A program made the translations under genes and the position numbers. From an uncultured delta proteobacterium (lineage in GTDB: Bacteria > Desulfobacterota > Zymogenia > Zymogenales > Zymogenaceae), in NCBI GenBank assembly GCA_963792965.1, contig CAWBYW010000030.1, positions 3,695 to 67,694 on the forward strand: 64,000 nucleotides of DNA. Direction: 5' to 3'. Within the stretch, counting starts at the first letter, position 1. Every line of letters begins with the position of its first letter. Shown here in pieces: positions 28,297 to 37,599 of this stretch. The notes beneath the pieces were generated by a model. It ran no database searches. It worked only from the letters and a program-made list of their open reading frames with translations, and was not told the origin of the DNA.

Positions 28297-30885
28297 TCAG
28301 CGAGGCATGAATCCCTTGAGCGGGAAGCGGAAAATACGCTGGAAAATATGGAGCGTCCCCCTGCCCAATCCTTCCAGGGTCATGGCCGCCACCTTCGGAT
28401 CCTTGAGGCTCCCCGTGACCCGAAAGTAGGTGGTAAAAAGGTTGCCGTCGTCTCCCGTTAGAATATATCCGACGACCGGGATCTTGTTGACGATCAGGTC
28501 GATCGTCTGCAGCAGCTGAAAACCCACGACCATATCCAGGTTATCGCTCACCATGTCGTAGCTCCCCACCATGGTGACCTTCATGACCCTGCCGTTGAAA
28601 AAGAGGTCCTCGGTGGTCGCCTTCCCGTCCACGAGGACAAAGGTGCCCGTGATCGAGTCAAAGGGGATTCCATTCGTATCCAGCTTCGGAAGTTTCAGCC
28701 GCAGGTAGTTTGAGATCTTCATAAGCGACATGATCTTCGACAAGACCGACATCCGTTTGATGGCCCCGTCCTTTATCGATATCTCGATCGTCCCGTCCAG
28801 CGTGTTCTTGATAAGCTCGGGATTGCCCGGATCGGATTTGAGTGAAAGGGAGAAATCGGCCTTCCCCGTGATGTCTCTTGTCAGCCCCGCGTCCGAGGCC
28901 AGCGCGCCGAAGTCCGTCCCCCGGCCCGAAAGGTTGAGATAGAGAAGATCCTCCTTCTCCGATCCCGAGTAAACGTATCCGAAGGCGCCCGTACATTTCC
29001 CTCCATACAGGGCGCAGCTCACGTCTTCCAGCAGCAGATACCCCTCCTCGAAGATGAGCCGTGATGAGAGATCGGTGATCCGTATCGTCTTGTCGCCGGT
29101 CCCGAAGAGCTCCACGAGGTCCAGCGTCGGGGACCTCAGCGACATCACGAGCCGCGGCTTGCTGAAGTTTGTCAGCTCCCCCTCTCCCGTGAGTACGGAC
29201 TCGGCGAAGGTCACCGTAAAGGGGGGGATCTTCATCCGATCCTTTTCGAACACGAGAACGGCCGATCCGGGTTTTGGCGTCTTCGTGAAGAAGGGGACCG
29301 AGAGCGCCCAGTTAGAAAACTCGACCCTTCCGGTCACTTTTGCGACGCCGGTGGTCGTGCCTATCGGCGCGTCAACCCCAATGACGCCCCTGACCCTCCC
29401 CACACCCTCGGTCGGCTTCAAGAACGGCAGGGCGGAGATGACGTTGGAGGCAAGGATGTCCTTAACGTCCTCGAAGGCCATGTCGTCCACCGTCGCGCGC
29501 AGGTCGTGTAGGTAGGGAGCCGTCCGGGTCTTCTCGATGCGCCACCGCAGTTCCCTGACGTGGCCGGGCGGATCGGCGAACGCGACGTCTTTGGCGACCA
29601 CTTCGTCCCCCGAGATCGATACGTCCGCGGACACCCCGCGGACCACGGCCCCGCCGAGGTCGAGGTCGGCGTCCGCGATCGTGCCGGCTATCTCGAGCCG
29701 CGCCGCCTTGGTCCCAAGCAGGGCGGGATTGCCCGAGATGTCGATGTGGGCAGACAGCCTTCCGTTCGCCAACAGCTTTCGTGCGTATGCCTTGACACCG
29801 TCGCCTAACAGGTTCAGGGGGATCAGCGAAAGATCGCGCGTCAACTCGAAGTCGGCAATATCGGCCGTTACCGTAAGATTGTTTGAGGTGCCGGTTCTAT
29901 GGACGACCTTCATGAGCGTAAGGTCTCCCGTCACCTTGAGAGAATCTCGTCGAATCACCGCCTCCCGAATCGATAACCCGTTCGGGGTCATCGAGACCGC
30001 CCCGGAAAGATCGATCTCGTCGATTCTAACCCCGCCCGGGTAATACGAGGAATCCTTGGCTCGCACGTCGGCCGCCGTGATCCGGCCGTGAATGTCCCAC
30101 GTACGCTCGTTACCGTACGTGACGGTAAAGTCGCCGCCGACCGTCCCTGAAATCGAGAGAGACCTGTAGTCCCCGAGCACGAGATTGGCGGCCGCCAGAT
30201 CAACCCGCTTGACCCAGACCCGGGCCGTGACCCTTCCGTCCGGCAGGCCCTCGCCCTCCGACTTGATGATCCCTCTCGGGTCGCCCGGGGGCGCAAGTGA
30301 AAGGGTATACTCAACAGGGCCGCTCTTGAGATTTCCGGAAAACGAGCCGTAGAAAAGAGTGGCCGCGTACTCCCTTTGGCCCCCGAACCTCTTGTCGATG
30401 ATCTTCAGGGTGGCGTTGGTGATCACCATCCCCTTAAGCCGCATTTCCGGCCCCCCTCCGGAGGCGGCTCTCCGAACAATCTTGAAGATCTTATCAATCA
30501 GCTTCTCGTTTTTCTCGACGGAAAAGGAGAGTGTAGGTGAAATGATACGAAGCTTTTTCGGGATTACGCTGCCGGAAGCGAGCGGAACGAGGTATACGCC
30601 GATGATAACCTCGTCTGCGGAGAACGTGGGGGTATTCTCGTCTCCGGGAAGGTAGAAATTATGGCCTCGAACGCCAAAGTAGGGAAACAGAGAGAACTCG
30701 ATTCTTCCCAGCTGCACGTCCCGGCCGAGGGAGTCGTCCAGTATCCTGATGATCTCGGGGCGGTACTTCTCAAGATCGATGGAGGATACCGTAATGATGA
30801 AGACCTCAGTGAGGATCAGAGAAACAAGGACGATCGTCTCAATGAAGATCCATCTTCTCTTTTGGGTCTTGGGCATGAATATCAA
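28297..30885 (-). CDS. AsmA family outer-membrane biogenesis protein
   Basis: 862 aa with an N-terminal TM anchor (WIFIETIVLVSLILTEVFIITV), a long beta-rich periplasmic body and an AsmA-like C-terminal region. Confidence 0.6.
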   Translation of the reverse strand: MIFMPKTQKRRWIFIETIVLVSLILTEVFIITVSSIDLEKYRPEIIRILDDSLGRDVQLGRIEFSLFPYFGVRGHNFYLPGDENTPTFSADEVIIGVYLVPLASGSVIPKKLRIISPTLSFSVEKNEKLIDKIFKIVRRAASGGGPEMRLKGMVITNATLKIIDKRFGGQREYAATLFYGSFSGNLKSGPVEYTLSLAPPGDPRGIIKSEGEGLPDGRVTARVWVKRVDLAAANLVLGDYRSLSISGTVGGDFTVTYGNERTWDIHGRITAADVRAKDSSYYPGGVRIDEIDLSGAVSMTPNGLSIREAVIRRDSLKVTGDLTLMKVVHRTGTSNNLTVTADIADFELTRDLSLIPLNLLGDGVKAYARKLLANGRLSAHIDISGNPALLGTKAARLEIAGTIADADLDLGGAVVRGVSADVSISGDEVVAKDVAFADPPGHVRELRWRIEKTRTAPYLHDLRATVDDMAFEDVKDILASNVISALPFLKPTEGVGRVRGVIGVDAPIGTTTGVAKVTGRVEFSNWALSVPFFTKTPKPGSAVLVFEKDRMKIPPFTVTFAESVLTGEGELTNFSKPRLVMSLRSPTLDLVELFGTGDKTIRITDLSSRLIFEEGYLLLEDVSCALYGGKCTGAFGYVYSGSEKEDLLYLNLSGRGTDFGALASDAGLTRDITGKADFSLSLKSDPGNPELIKNTLDGTIEISIKDGAIKRMSVLSKIMSLMKISNYLRLKLPKLDTNGIPFDSITGTFVLVDGKATTEDLFFNGRVMKVTMVGSYDMVSDNLDMVVGFQLLQTIDLIVNKIPVVGYILTGDDGNLFTTYFRVTGSLKDPKVAAMTLEGLGRGTLHIFQRIFRFPLKGFMPR

Positions 30886-30968
30886 CTCGTGTCGAAAAAT
30901 CTATCTGGTGCCGAAGATGCTCACCGGCCCCTCGCGTAACGCGGCAACGCGGCCGGACCACGCTGTCA

Positions 30969-31859
30969 TCACCCATCGCTTGGGTCGGCAAGGATCGTCC
31001 TGATCTCATCCAAGAGCTCTTCGGGGACATTTCCGTTGTGCCGGGCCGCCTCCACCGTGAGCCTTCCCATCACCCGGTAGAAGTCGAGAAGCTCCGGCAT
31101 TTTCTTCTCAAGTGCGGCGACGTGGTCGGATATCGTCGGCCCGTCTCCCCGGGCGATCGGTCCGGTCAGGGCGGTCGGCACGCCGAGCGCCTTCACGTTA
31201 TTGAGCGTTCCCTCCACCAGTGGCAGCAGCGCCCGCAGCGCGGTCTTTTCCTTCATCCCGATTTCTTTGAGGATCAAGACGGCGGCCCAGAGAAGGGTGA
31301 CCAGGTAGTTGGAGGCGACCACCGCCCCGGTGTGGTAGAGGACCTTGTCTTGTTTCGGAATCGATAGTTGTTCTCCGCCGAATATCTCGACCATCTTCTT
31401 CAACTCGGAAAGCGCGGGCTCGTCCCCCTCAAGGCAGAAGACCGAGCCGGGGATATTCTTCTTTGCCTGATCAAAATCCGCGAAGCTCTGCAGGGGGTGC
31501 AACGATGCGGCATAGGCGCCGTGTGCCCTGACGGGAGCTAAGACATCGGAGGTGAGGGAGCCGCTCATGTGAACAACAACCTGCCCCGCGCGGATACCGC
31601 CCCTCCGTGATAGCTCGGCGGCCACCTTACCGATGATACGGTCGGGGGTGGTGATAAAGAGGATATCGACCTCCCCGCTCAGGCCCGCCCCGTCTTTTTG
31701 CCCCGCAGCGCCGCGCATCTCATGATATGCGGCCTTCACACGCTCCGGATCGATATCACTGATGAAACCAATCTCGTATCCCGCCTGTTTCAGAAGCACG
31801 CCGACGGCCGTCCCGACCTTCCCCGCGCCGATGATCCCGATCTTCTTGTTGCCGGACAT
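30969..31859 (-). CDS. Rossmann-like and DUF2520 domain-containing protein
   Basis: KIGIIGAGKVGTAVG is a dinucleotide-binding motif, and LTGPIARGDGPTISDHVAAL is a DUF2520 signature. The likely start is ATG 31859, after GGAGGCAGGGAG; the listed ORF extends to 31937. Confidence 0.75.
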   Translation of the reverse strand: MSGNKKIGIIGAGKVGTAVGVLLKQAGYEIGFISDIDPERVKAAYHEMRGAAGQKDGAGLSGEVDILFITTPDRIIGKVAAELSRRGGIRAGQVVVHMSGSLTSDVLAPVRAHGAYAASLHPLQSFADFDQAKKNIPGSVFCLEGDEPALSELKKMVEIFGGEQLSIPKQDKVLYHTGAVVASNYLVTLLWAAVLILKEIGMKEKTALRALLPLVEGTLNNVKALGVPTALTGPIARGDGPTISDHVAALEKKMPELLDFYRVMGRLTVEAARHNGNVPEELLDEIRTILADPSDG

Positions 31860-31969
31860 CTTTCTCCCTGCCTCCGGCACGTCGCGGGAGGCCACCCGAC
31901 GGACGTTCCCGAGAACTGCGCCGTACCCATAATCCATGCTCCGAGCCGACGGCCATCGTACCTCGGTTC

Positions 31970-31998
31970 ATGATAAGTCGTAATGCTCGCCGTGTCAA
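31970..31998 (-). promoter_or_regulatory. Sigma-70-type promoter for the DUF2520-asmA-hldC transcription unit
   Basis: The minus strand reads TTGACA (reverse complement of 31993-31998), a 17-nt spacer, then TATCAT (reverse complement of 31970-31975). It lies immediately downstream of the terminator at 32024-32053. Confidence 0.5.
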
Positions 31999-32023
31999 GT
32001 CAAAGGGGGAGCAACGTCCAGGC

Positions 32024-32053
32024 AAAAAAAAGAGGCCGTAGAGCCTCTTTTTT
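32024..32053. terminator. Bidirectional rho-independent terminator
   Basis: The sequence is A8-GAGGC-(6-nt loop)-GCCTC-T6, so the stem is flanked by A and T runs on both strands. Confidence 0.7.
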
Positions 32054-32273
32054 CTTTTCTTAAACCGGACGGGAGGGTTATCTTGCCGACTCCCCCCCTC
32101 TCTCGGTAGATGGTATGCGGCCACCAATCGCGCCGCGCCCACGCCGTCGTGGAAGTCAGACGATTACGACGAGACGCGACTTCCTCGCCGGCCGAGCCAT
32201 TTTCAGATACGCCGACACCCGCTTCCCTCCCACGGGGCGTGCGAGACGTGCGGCTTGCTATCAGCGGGCTGGG

Positions 32274-32642
32274 TTAGACGAGCTTTTCGAGCTCATCCAC
32301 GGCGCGCTTCATGTCCAGAAAGACGAGTCCTAACTTGGCATCTTTGGTGACGAGGGCGGTCAGAACGGCGTCTTCGCCCGCGTTCATGAGCAACACGTAT
32401 CCTTCCACGCCCCTGATGAAGACCTGATCGAGTTTGCCGCGGTTCAACTCCTGGGCCGTCCGCTCGCCGAGGGAAAGCATCGCCGCGCTCATCGCCGCAA
32501 CCCTGTCTTCTTCAACGTCCTGGGGGAGGGCCGACGCCATGATCAAACCGTCGACGCTCACGATCGCCGAGGCCTCGACGTCCGGTGTCCCTTTCTGCAA
32601 TTCCTTCAGTATCTTGGTCATTGATTCGGTCCTGCTGGCCAT
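32274..32642 (-). CDS. Roadblock/LC7 (MglB-like) domain protein
   Basis: 122 aa. VEASAIVSVDGLIMASALP...DRVAAMSAAMLSLGERTAQEL...LLMNAGEDAVLTALV is typical of the Robl/LC7 family. Confidence 0.8.
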   Translation of the reverse strand: MASRTESMTKILKELQKGTPDVEASAIVSVDGLIMASALPQDVEEDRVAAMSAAMLSLGERTAQELNRGKLDQVFIRGVEGYVLLMNAGEDAVLTALVTKDAKLGLVFLDMKRAVDELEKLV

Positions 32643-32717
32643 ATCTACCTCCTCTATGTTCGGCCTGTTTATCCTGATTTTGAGACGCGGTCCGTATCGG
32701 TCCGCGTCTGATTGCCT

Positions 32718-33629
32718 CTATTTCTGCTTTGCCTTTTCCTCTCGCTCCGACAGCTTCCTGAGATTGAATTTCACCATCTCGTTGTCGGGTTGAATCTCAA
32801 GAGCCCTTTCCCACTCCTTACGCGCCTTGTTGTATTTGTTTTCGCGGAGAAATCGAAAACCCTGATCGAAGTGCTCGAAAAAATCCTTCTTGATCTCTTC
32901 GCTGATCTCTTCGGGGGGGCCCGCTTTCTCAAGAGACGACCGGGACGCCTCATCGGCGATCCGGAGACCCTCCATGATCAGAAACTGCCAATCGCTCTTG
33001 ATCGTCCGTTCTTTGGGAGATTCATTCCTCTTGGAGAGAAAGGTCCCCTCCGGCCAGGTAAGAATCTGAAAGAAGGCATCTTCTCCCACGACGTTACCGG
33101 TCTCCGCATGAATAATGTTGCCGTCTTTGAAGAAGATCTTGCCCTCCTTGGAGCCGCTGCGGATGATCAGGGAAGAGTGGGCCTTACCGAGGCAGTTCAT
33201 CTGAATGACGTCGGTGAGGAGGAGATCCTGAAGCTGGCCCTCGAAGCCTTTTCGCTCGTCCTTAAGGGAATCGAGGATCATCTCTCTGATCTCCTTAATT
33301 TCAAAAGGTTTTTCGATATAGTAGAGCGAGCCCCTCATGTTGGCGTCTTTTTGGACATCGGGTGAACCATAGGCGGTCATGATGATGACTTTGACATCGG
33401 GGTAATCCCTCCGAATCCTGGAAAGGAGGTCCAGCCCCGAGATCCCGGGCATGCGGATATCGGTGATCACAAGCCTGATGCTCTCCTTTTCCAGCACCTT
33501 GAGAGCGTCTTCGCCGCTGTTGGCGATAAGGACTTCGAATTTATCCTTGTCCTTCGACAGGCTCTTGGACATGCTCCAGGTGAGATTTTCCTCATCATCA
33601 ACGATCAGGATTTTATCGGCGGCCGCCAT
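32718..33629 (-). CDS. Response regulator with a receiver domain, a DUF4388/PATAN-like domain and a C-terminal TPR
   Basis: The receiver domain reads KILIVDDEENL...LVITDIRMPGISGLDLL...MTAYG. The middle segment LQDLLLTDVIQMNCLGKAHSSLIIRSGSKEGKIFFKDGNIIHAETGNVVGEDAFFQILTWPEGTF matches the DUF4388 pattern. The C-terminus has the TPR-like NKARKEWERALEIQPDN. Confidence 0.75.
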   Translation of the reverse strand: MAAADKILIVDDEENLTWSMSKSLSKDKDKFEVLIANSGEDALKVLEKESIRLVITDIRMPGISGLDLLSRIRRDYPDVKVIIMTAYGSPDVQKDANMRGSLYYIEKPFEIKEIREMILDSLKDERKGFEGQLQDLLLTDVIQMNCLGKAHSSLIIRSGSKEGKIFFKDGNIIHAETGNVVGEDAFFQILTWPEGTFLSKRNESPKERTIKSDWQFLIMEGLRIADEASRSSLEKAGPPEEISEEIKKDFFEHFDQGFRFLRENKYNKARKEWERALEIQPDNEMVKFNLRKLSEREEKAKQK

Positions 33630-33655
33630 GGGTGACTCCTTTGTTGAGGTAATAG

Positions 33656-33671
33656 TGCAATATAGATGCCA
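33656..33671 (-). promoter_or_regulatory. Sigma-54 (-24/-12) promoter upstream of the REC-PATAN gene
   Basis: The minus strand reads TGGCAT-CTATA-TTGCA (consensus TGGCAC-N5-TTGCA). The -12 element ends 26 nt before ATG 33629, which is preceded by AAGGAG. An NtrC-type activator gene lies directly upstream. Confidence 0.65.
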
Positions 33672-33819
33672 GATTGCTCACTTATTTCTTCGATTGTGAG
33701 GATCCGTAAAAAGCCCTATAGTTTCGATATGATACGCATGGCCGAGAATCGGTGCCGAGCTGCCGTCCGCCATAGCGCGCAAAAGTGACCGGAAATCGTA
33801 CAGATACCCTGTCCGATAA

Positions 33820-35169
33820 TCAAACAGCATCCTCGATTCCGTATCGCTTGATCTTTTCTATGAGGGTAGAGCGGGATATGCCCAGAAGGCGCGCCGCCTC
33901 CGATCGGTTCCCTCCGACGGACACGAGCACCCGAATGATATAGTCCCTCTCCATCTGAACAAGCGGCTTCACCTCACGGGGCGCCCCGGACGGGCCGCCG
34001 ACGAGCTCCATCGGCAACACGGCGGTCGTCACCTTATCAGTATCGGTCAGGATGACCGCCCGCTCGATGACGTTCTTGAGCTCGCGGACGTTGCCGGGCC
34101 AGTGGTATCCCATGAGGATATCCATTGCGCCCTCGGATATCCCCCTCACATTCTTTCTCAGCTCTCCGTTAGCCCGCTCCAGGAAGACCTCCATGAGGGG
34201 GGGGATATCCTCCGTTCGATCCCTCAGCGGAGGGACCTCGATCACCATGACCTTGAGCCGATAGTAGAGGTCGTCCCGGAACTTCCCTTCGGAGACGAGG
34301 CGGGCAAGGTCCTTGTTGGTGGCGGCGATGACCCGGGCGTCGACCGTGATCTCCTTGACTCCGCCGACAGGATTGAACGTCTGGGTCTCGAGGAACCGGA
34401 GCACCTTGGGCTGAAGCGAGAGCTTCATCTCCCCGATCTCATCCAGGAAGAGCGTCCCCCCGGCGGCCAGCTCGAAGAGTCCCTTCTTATTCTCCTTGGC
34501 ATCGGTAAAGGCCCCTTTCTTGTAGCCGAAGAATTCCGATTCGAGCAGCTGCTCGGGGACGGCGCTCACGTTGATCTTGATGAGGGGAAAGTCGGCCCGT
34601 TCCGACACACGGTGGATCGCATTGGCCACCAGCTCCTTGCCCGTCCCGCTCTCTCCCGTCACGAGGACCGGCGTCCGCGGAGTCCTGGCCACGATGGAGA
34701 TGAGCTCCCTGACCGCCTGAATGGCGGGACTTCTTCCGACGATCTCATGCGGCTCCCCCTGACGCTCCCGCTTGAGCGTGGAGAGCTGCGCCAGAAGACG
34801 CGAGTTCTGGAGCGCCCGGGAGACGATCACCTTCAGCTCCTCCAGCTCGAAGGGTTTCTGGAGATAATCGGTGGCGCCCGCCTTCATCGCTGAGACCGCC
34901 ACTTTCACGTCGGAATAGGCCGTCATGACGATCACCGGGATGTCGGGCTCGATCTCGCGAACCGTCGCCAGCAGGTCCAGGCCGTTCATGTCCGGCAACC
35001 TGATATCAAGGAGGATGAGGTCGACCGCGCTGTCTTCGAGCACTTCCCGCGCGCGCCCCCCTTGTGTTACCACGACGGCGTCACACCCCTGCTTGGACAG
35101 AACGCGCTTGATGGAATCCCCCATCAGCGAATCGTCCTCGACCACAAGGATTTTTGGTTTTACCTCCAT
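33820..35169 (-). CDS. Sigma-54-dependent Fis-family response regulator (NtrC type)
   Basis: The receiver reads ILVVEDDSL...LILLDIRLPDMNG. The AAA+ sigma-54 interaction domain has GESGTGKE and ESEFFGYKKGAFTDA. The C-terminal HTH reads GGNRSEAARLLGISRSTL. Confidence 0.9.
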   Translation of the reverse strand: MEVKPKILVVEDDSLMGDSIKRVLSKQGCDAVVVTQGGRAREVLEDSAVDLILLDIRLPDMNGLDLLATVREIEPDIPVIVMTAYSDVKVAVSAMKAGATDYLQKPFELEELKVIVSRALQNSRLLAQLSTLKRERQGEPHEIVGRSPAIQAVRELISIVARTPRTPVLVTGESGTGKELVANAIHRVSERADFPLIKINVSAVPEQLLESEFFGYKKGAFTDAKENKKGLFELAAGGTLFLDEIGEMKLSLQPKVLRFLETQTFNPVGGVKEITVDARVIAATNKDLARLVSEGKFRDDLYYRLKVMVIEVPPLRDRTEDIPPLMEVFLERANGELRKNVRGISEGAMDILMGYHWPGNVRELKNVIERAVILTDTDKVTTAVLPMELVGGPSGAPREVKPLVQMERDYIIRVLVSVGGNRSEAARLLGISRSTLIEKIKRYGIEDAV

Positions 35170-35170
35170 A

Positions 35171-36297
35171 TCAGGAGATCGTCGGAAGGTTAATGATAAA
35201 GGTGGTGCCCTGGCCCTTCTTGCTGTTTACCGCGATGGACCCGCCGTGCTTCTGGATGATCCGGTAGGTGATCGAAAGGCCGAGTCCCGTTCCCTTGGCG
35301 TTGGTGGTAAAGAAGGGGTCGAATATCTTGTTGATATGCTCGTCGTCGATGCCGGCTCCCGTGTCGGAGACGGATACCTCCAGGACATGTTTTCGCGCGC
35401 TGTTCTTCTTGCCCCAGGCGGTGATGAAGATCTTTTTTCGCGCTCCGGATCCATGAACTCGATGGAGTTGAGGAAGAGATTCAGGAAGACCTGCTGCAGC
35501 TGCAGGAAATCGCCGTGGACGACCGGGAGGTTGGCCGCATATTTTTCGACAATCTCGATCTTATTGTTCTTGATATCCTTGGTGAGCAGAAGGAGCACCT
35601 CCCTGACGACGTCCCTGATGTCGCAATGGACGAACATCGGTTTCTTGGGCTTGGCAAAGGAGAAAAAGGTCCTGAGCATCGTGTCCAGGCGGTCGATTTC
35701 TTTGACGATGCGCGACAGGAACTCACGCTTGGGGTCGTCGGCCTCCATCTCTTCTTCCATCGCCTGGGCGGTCGTCTTGATGGCGGCAAGGGGGTTCCTG
35801 ATCTCGTGGGCGATGCCGGAGGATATCTCTCCGAGCGAGGCCAGCCTATCCATCCTGAGGATTTCCTCCTGCATCCGATGGATCTCGGTGAGGTCCTTAA
35901 AGGTGATGATATGTCCCTGGATGTTGCCGGCGTTGTCGGTATAGACGGTGGCGCTTGTCCCGATCGAGACCTTCTCGCCGTTGAGCCTCTTTACCTCGGT
36001 CTCCTTCCCCACCCGGGCCTCACCGGCCCTGAATCCCCCCGCGAGCACCCGGTCGATATCGCCGGGGCTGAAGATGTCTTCGATATTGTGGCCGATCACC
36101 TTCTTCCGGTCGTAGCCGAGAATGTCCTGGGCCGCCTTGTTGAAGTAGAGGACTTTCCCCTTCTGGTCTATGGTGATGAGGCCGTCCTGAACGATCTCGA
36201 CGATACTCTCGGTAAATTGCTCAAGGTCGGCCGGAGTCCTGGCGTACCGCTCCGTCTCCCCAGGGGCCTTCTTTTCAGTCCCCGCCTTTGCCTTCAT
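35171..36297 (-). pseudogene. Cytoplasmic PAS-domain histidine kinase, frameshifted inside the HATPase domain
   Basis: The PAS domain reads ITIDQKGKVLYFNKAAQDILGY and the H-box reads SSGIAHEIRNPL. After NSIEFMDPERE the listed frame becomes non-homologous. Shifting at the T6 run 35433-35438 restores KKIFITAWGK...VSDTGAGIDDEHINKIFDPFFTTNAKGTGLGLSITYRIIQKHGGSIAV...TFIINLPTIS and a stop at 35171. Confidence 0.85.
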
Positions 36298-36459
36298 GAA
36301 GCCTCCGTGCGCTCGGAAAAGTTGTTCACTAACACCCGATTAACGAAAGGAAACGGCCCTTACTTTATCAAACGAGACAGGTGATGTCAAACAACAAAAA
36401 GCATTGATTTTTTGCCGATGCCATGTTATCAAAGAGGAGGAGCCCTCCACCACCCACAC

Positions 36460-37530
36460 ATGAGGATGACGCCTGTGAAAAATACCGGAATAGTCAAAGA
36501 CCCCATCTACCTTGAGCACAAGCCCGGCTATCTCCACTGGGAGAGTCCCCAGCGGCTGGAGGTGCTCTACGAGATGCTGGGTGAGGCCGATATGGCGGAT
36601 CTGTTCGAGACGATAGCGCCACGTCGTGCCACGAGGGAGGAAATCGAGCTGATCCACGGGCACTCCTATTACGACTATGTGGCCTCGACGGCGGGCAAGG
36701 AGCGCGTGTCCCTCGATTCGGACACGCAGACCTCCGAGCGCTCGTTTGAGGCGGCGCTCTTTGCCGCCGGCGGCCTCCTGGTGGGTCTGGATAAGATCAT
36801 GAAGGATGAGGTCGCCAACGTCTTTGCCCTCGTGCGCCCCCCCGGCCATCATGCCGAGGCGAACCAGGGCATGGGCTTTTGCCTCTTCAATAACGTGGCG
36901 ATCGCCGCGGCCTACGCGATGAAAAACTACTCGCTCTCGCGGATCCTTATCGTGGACTGGGACCTCCACCACGGCAACGGCACTCAGCACTCGTTTGCCC
37001 GCGACCGGCGCGTCCTCTATTTTTCCACCCACCAGTTTCCCTACTACCCGGGAAGCGGCTCCTTCGGCGAGGTCGGGGAGGGCGAGGGGAAGGGGTTTAC
37101 CGTCAACGTTCCCCTCTCGACAGGAAACGGCGACGCCGAATATTATAAGATATTCAAGAAAATACTGGTTCCCATCGCCACCGAGTATAATCCCCAGCTC
37201 GTGTTGGTCTCGGCGGGATTTGACACCTACTTCAAAGACCCGCTCGGCGGCATGGAGGTGACCTCCGGGGGATACGCGGCCCTTGCCCAGGTCGTCCTGG
37301 ACATCGCGAAAGCGTGCTCGGGAAACAAGCTCCTGGTCACCCTTGAGGGCGGCTACAATCTCGGGGGCCTGAGGGACGGGGTAAAGAGCGTGATCCAGCA
37401 GCTTTCGGGCGAAAACGTTGCTGACCCCGACCTGACCGATCGGAATCTCGGACAGCTCGGCATGACCGCCGACCATACCATCGCCCGTGTGATCGGGATC
37501 CAGAAAGAATACTGGAAGTGCTTTTCTTAA
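36460..37530 (+). CDS. Histone deacetylase family (class II / AcuC-like) protein deacetylase
   Basis: Motifs are RPPGHHAE, DWDLHHGNGTQH and GFDTYFKDPLG. The listed ORF starts at a TTG (36412); ATG 36460 is more plausible. Confidence 0.85.
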   Translation: MRMTPVKNTGIVKDPIYLEHKPGYLHWESPQRLEVLYEMLGEADMADLFETIAPRRATREEIELIHGHSYYDYVASTAGKERVSLDSDTQTSERSFEAALFAAGGLLVGLDKIMKDEVANVFALVRPPGHHAEANQGMGFCLFNNVAIAAAYAMKNYSLSRILIVDWDLHHGNGTQHSFARDRRVLYFSTHQFPYYPGSGSFGEVGEGEGKGFTVNVPLSTGNGDAEYYKIFKKILVPIATEYNPQLVLVSAGFDTYFKDPLGGMEVTSGGYAALAQVVLDIAKACSGNKLLVTLEGGYNLGGLRDGVKSVIQQLSGENVADPDLTDRNLGQLGMTADHTIARVIGIQKEYWKCFS

Positions 37531-37599
37531 CCGAGCCCCAACCACCGACGCCGCCCAAGGATAGAGGCACTGCCCTCATTATCCTACAGGAGCCATGGC

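Noticed and set aside
32054-32273. Tested the untranslated tail for known RNA families: SRP/4.5S, 6S, tmRNA, RNase P and tRNA.
   Set aside because: None of the diagnostic motifs I know is present. These include the GGAA-capped SRP domain IV with AGCA loops, the GAGGAAAGUCC P4 of RNase P, the tmRNA ends and a T-loop GTTCGAATC. The size also does not fit RNase P or tmRNA. The region is kept only as a low-interest structured 3' UTR.
31756-32333. ORFs 31756..32142 (-) and 32115..32333 (+) in the region between the DUF2520 and Roadblock genes.
   Set aside because: They span a terminator and a promoter. Their translations are Arg/Gly/Pro-rich, and they have no Shine-Dalgarno sequence or homology pattern.
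36340-37545. 401-aa minus-strand ORF.
   Set aside because: It lies antisense to the HDAC-family gene, whose plus-strand frame carries the DWDLHHGNGTQ and RPPGHHAE motifs.
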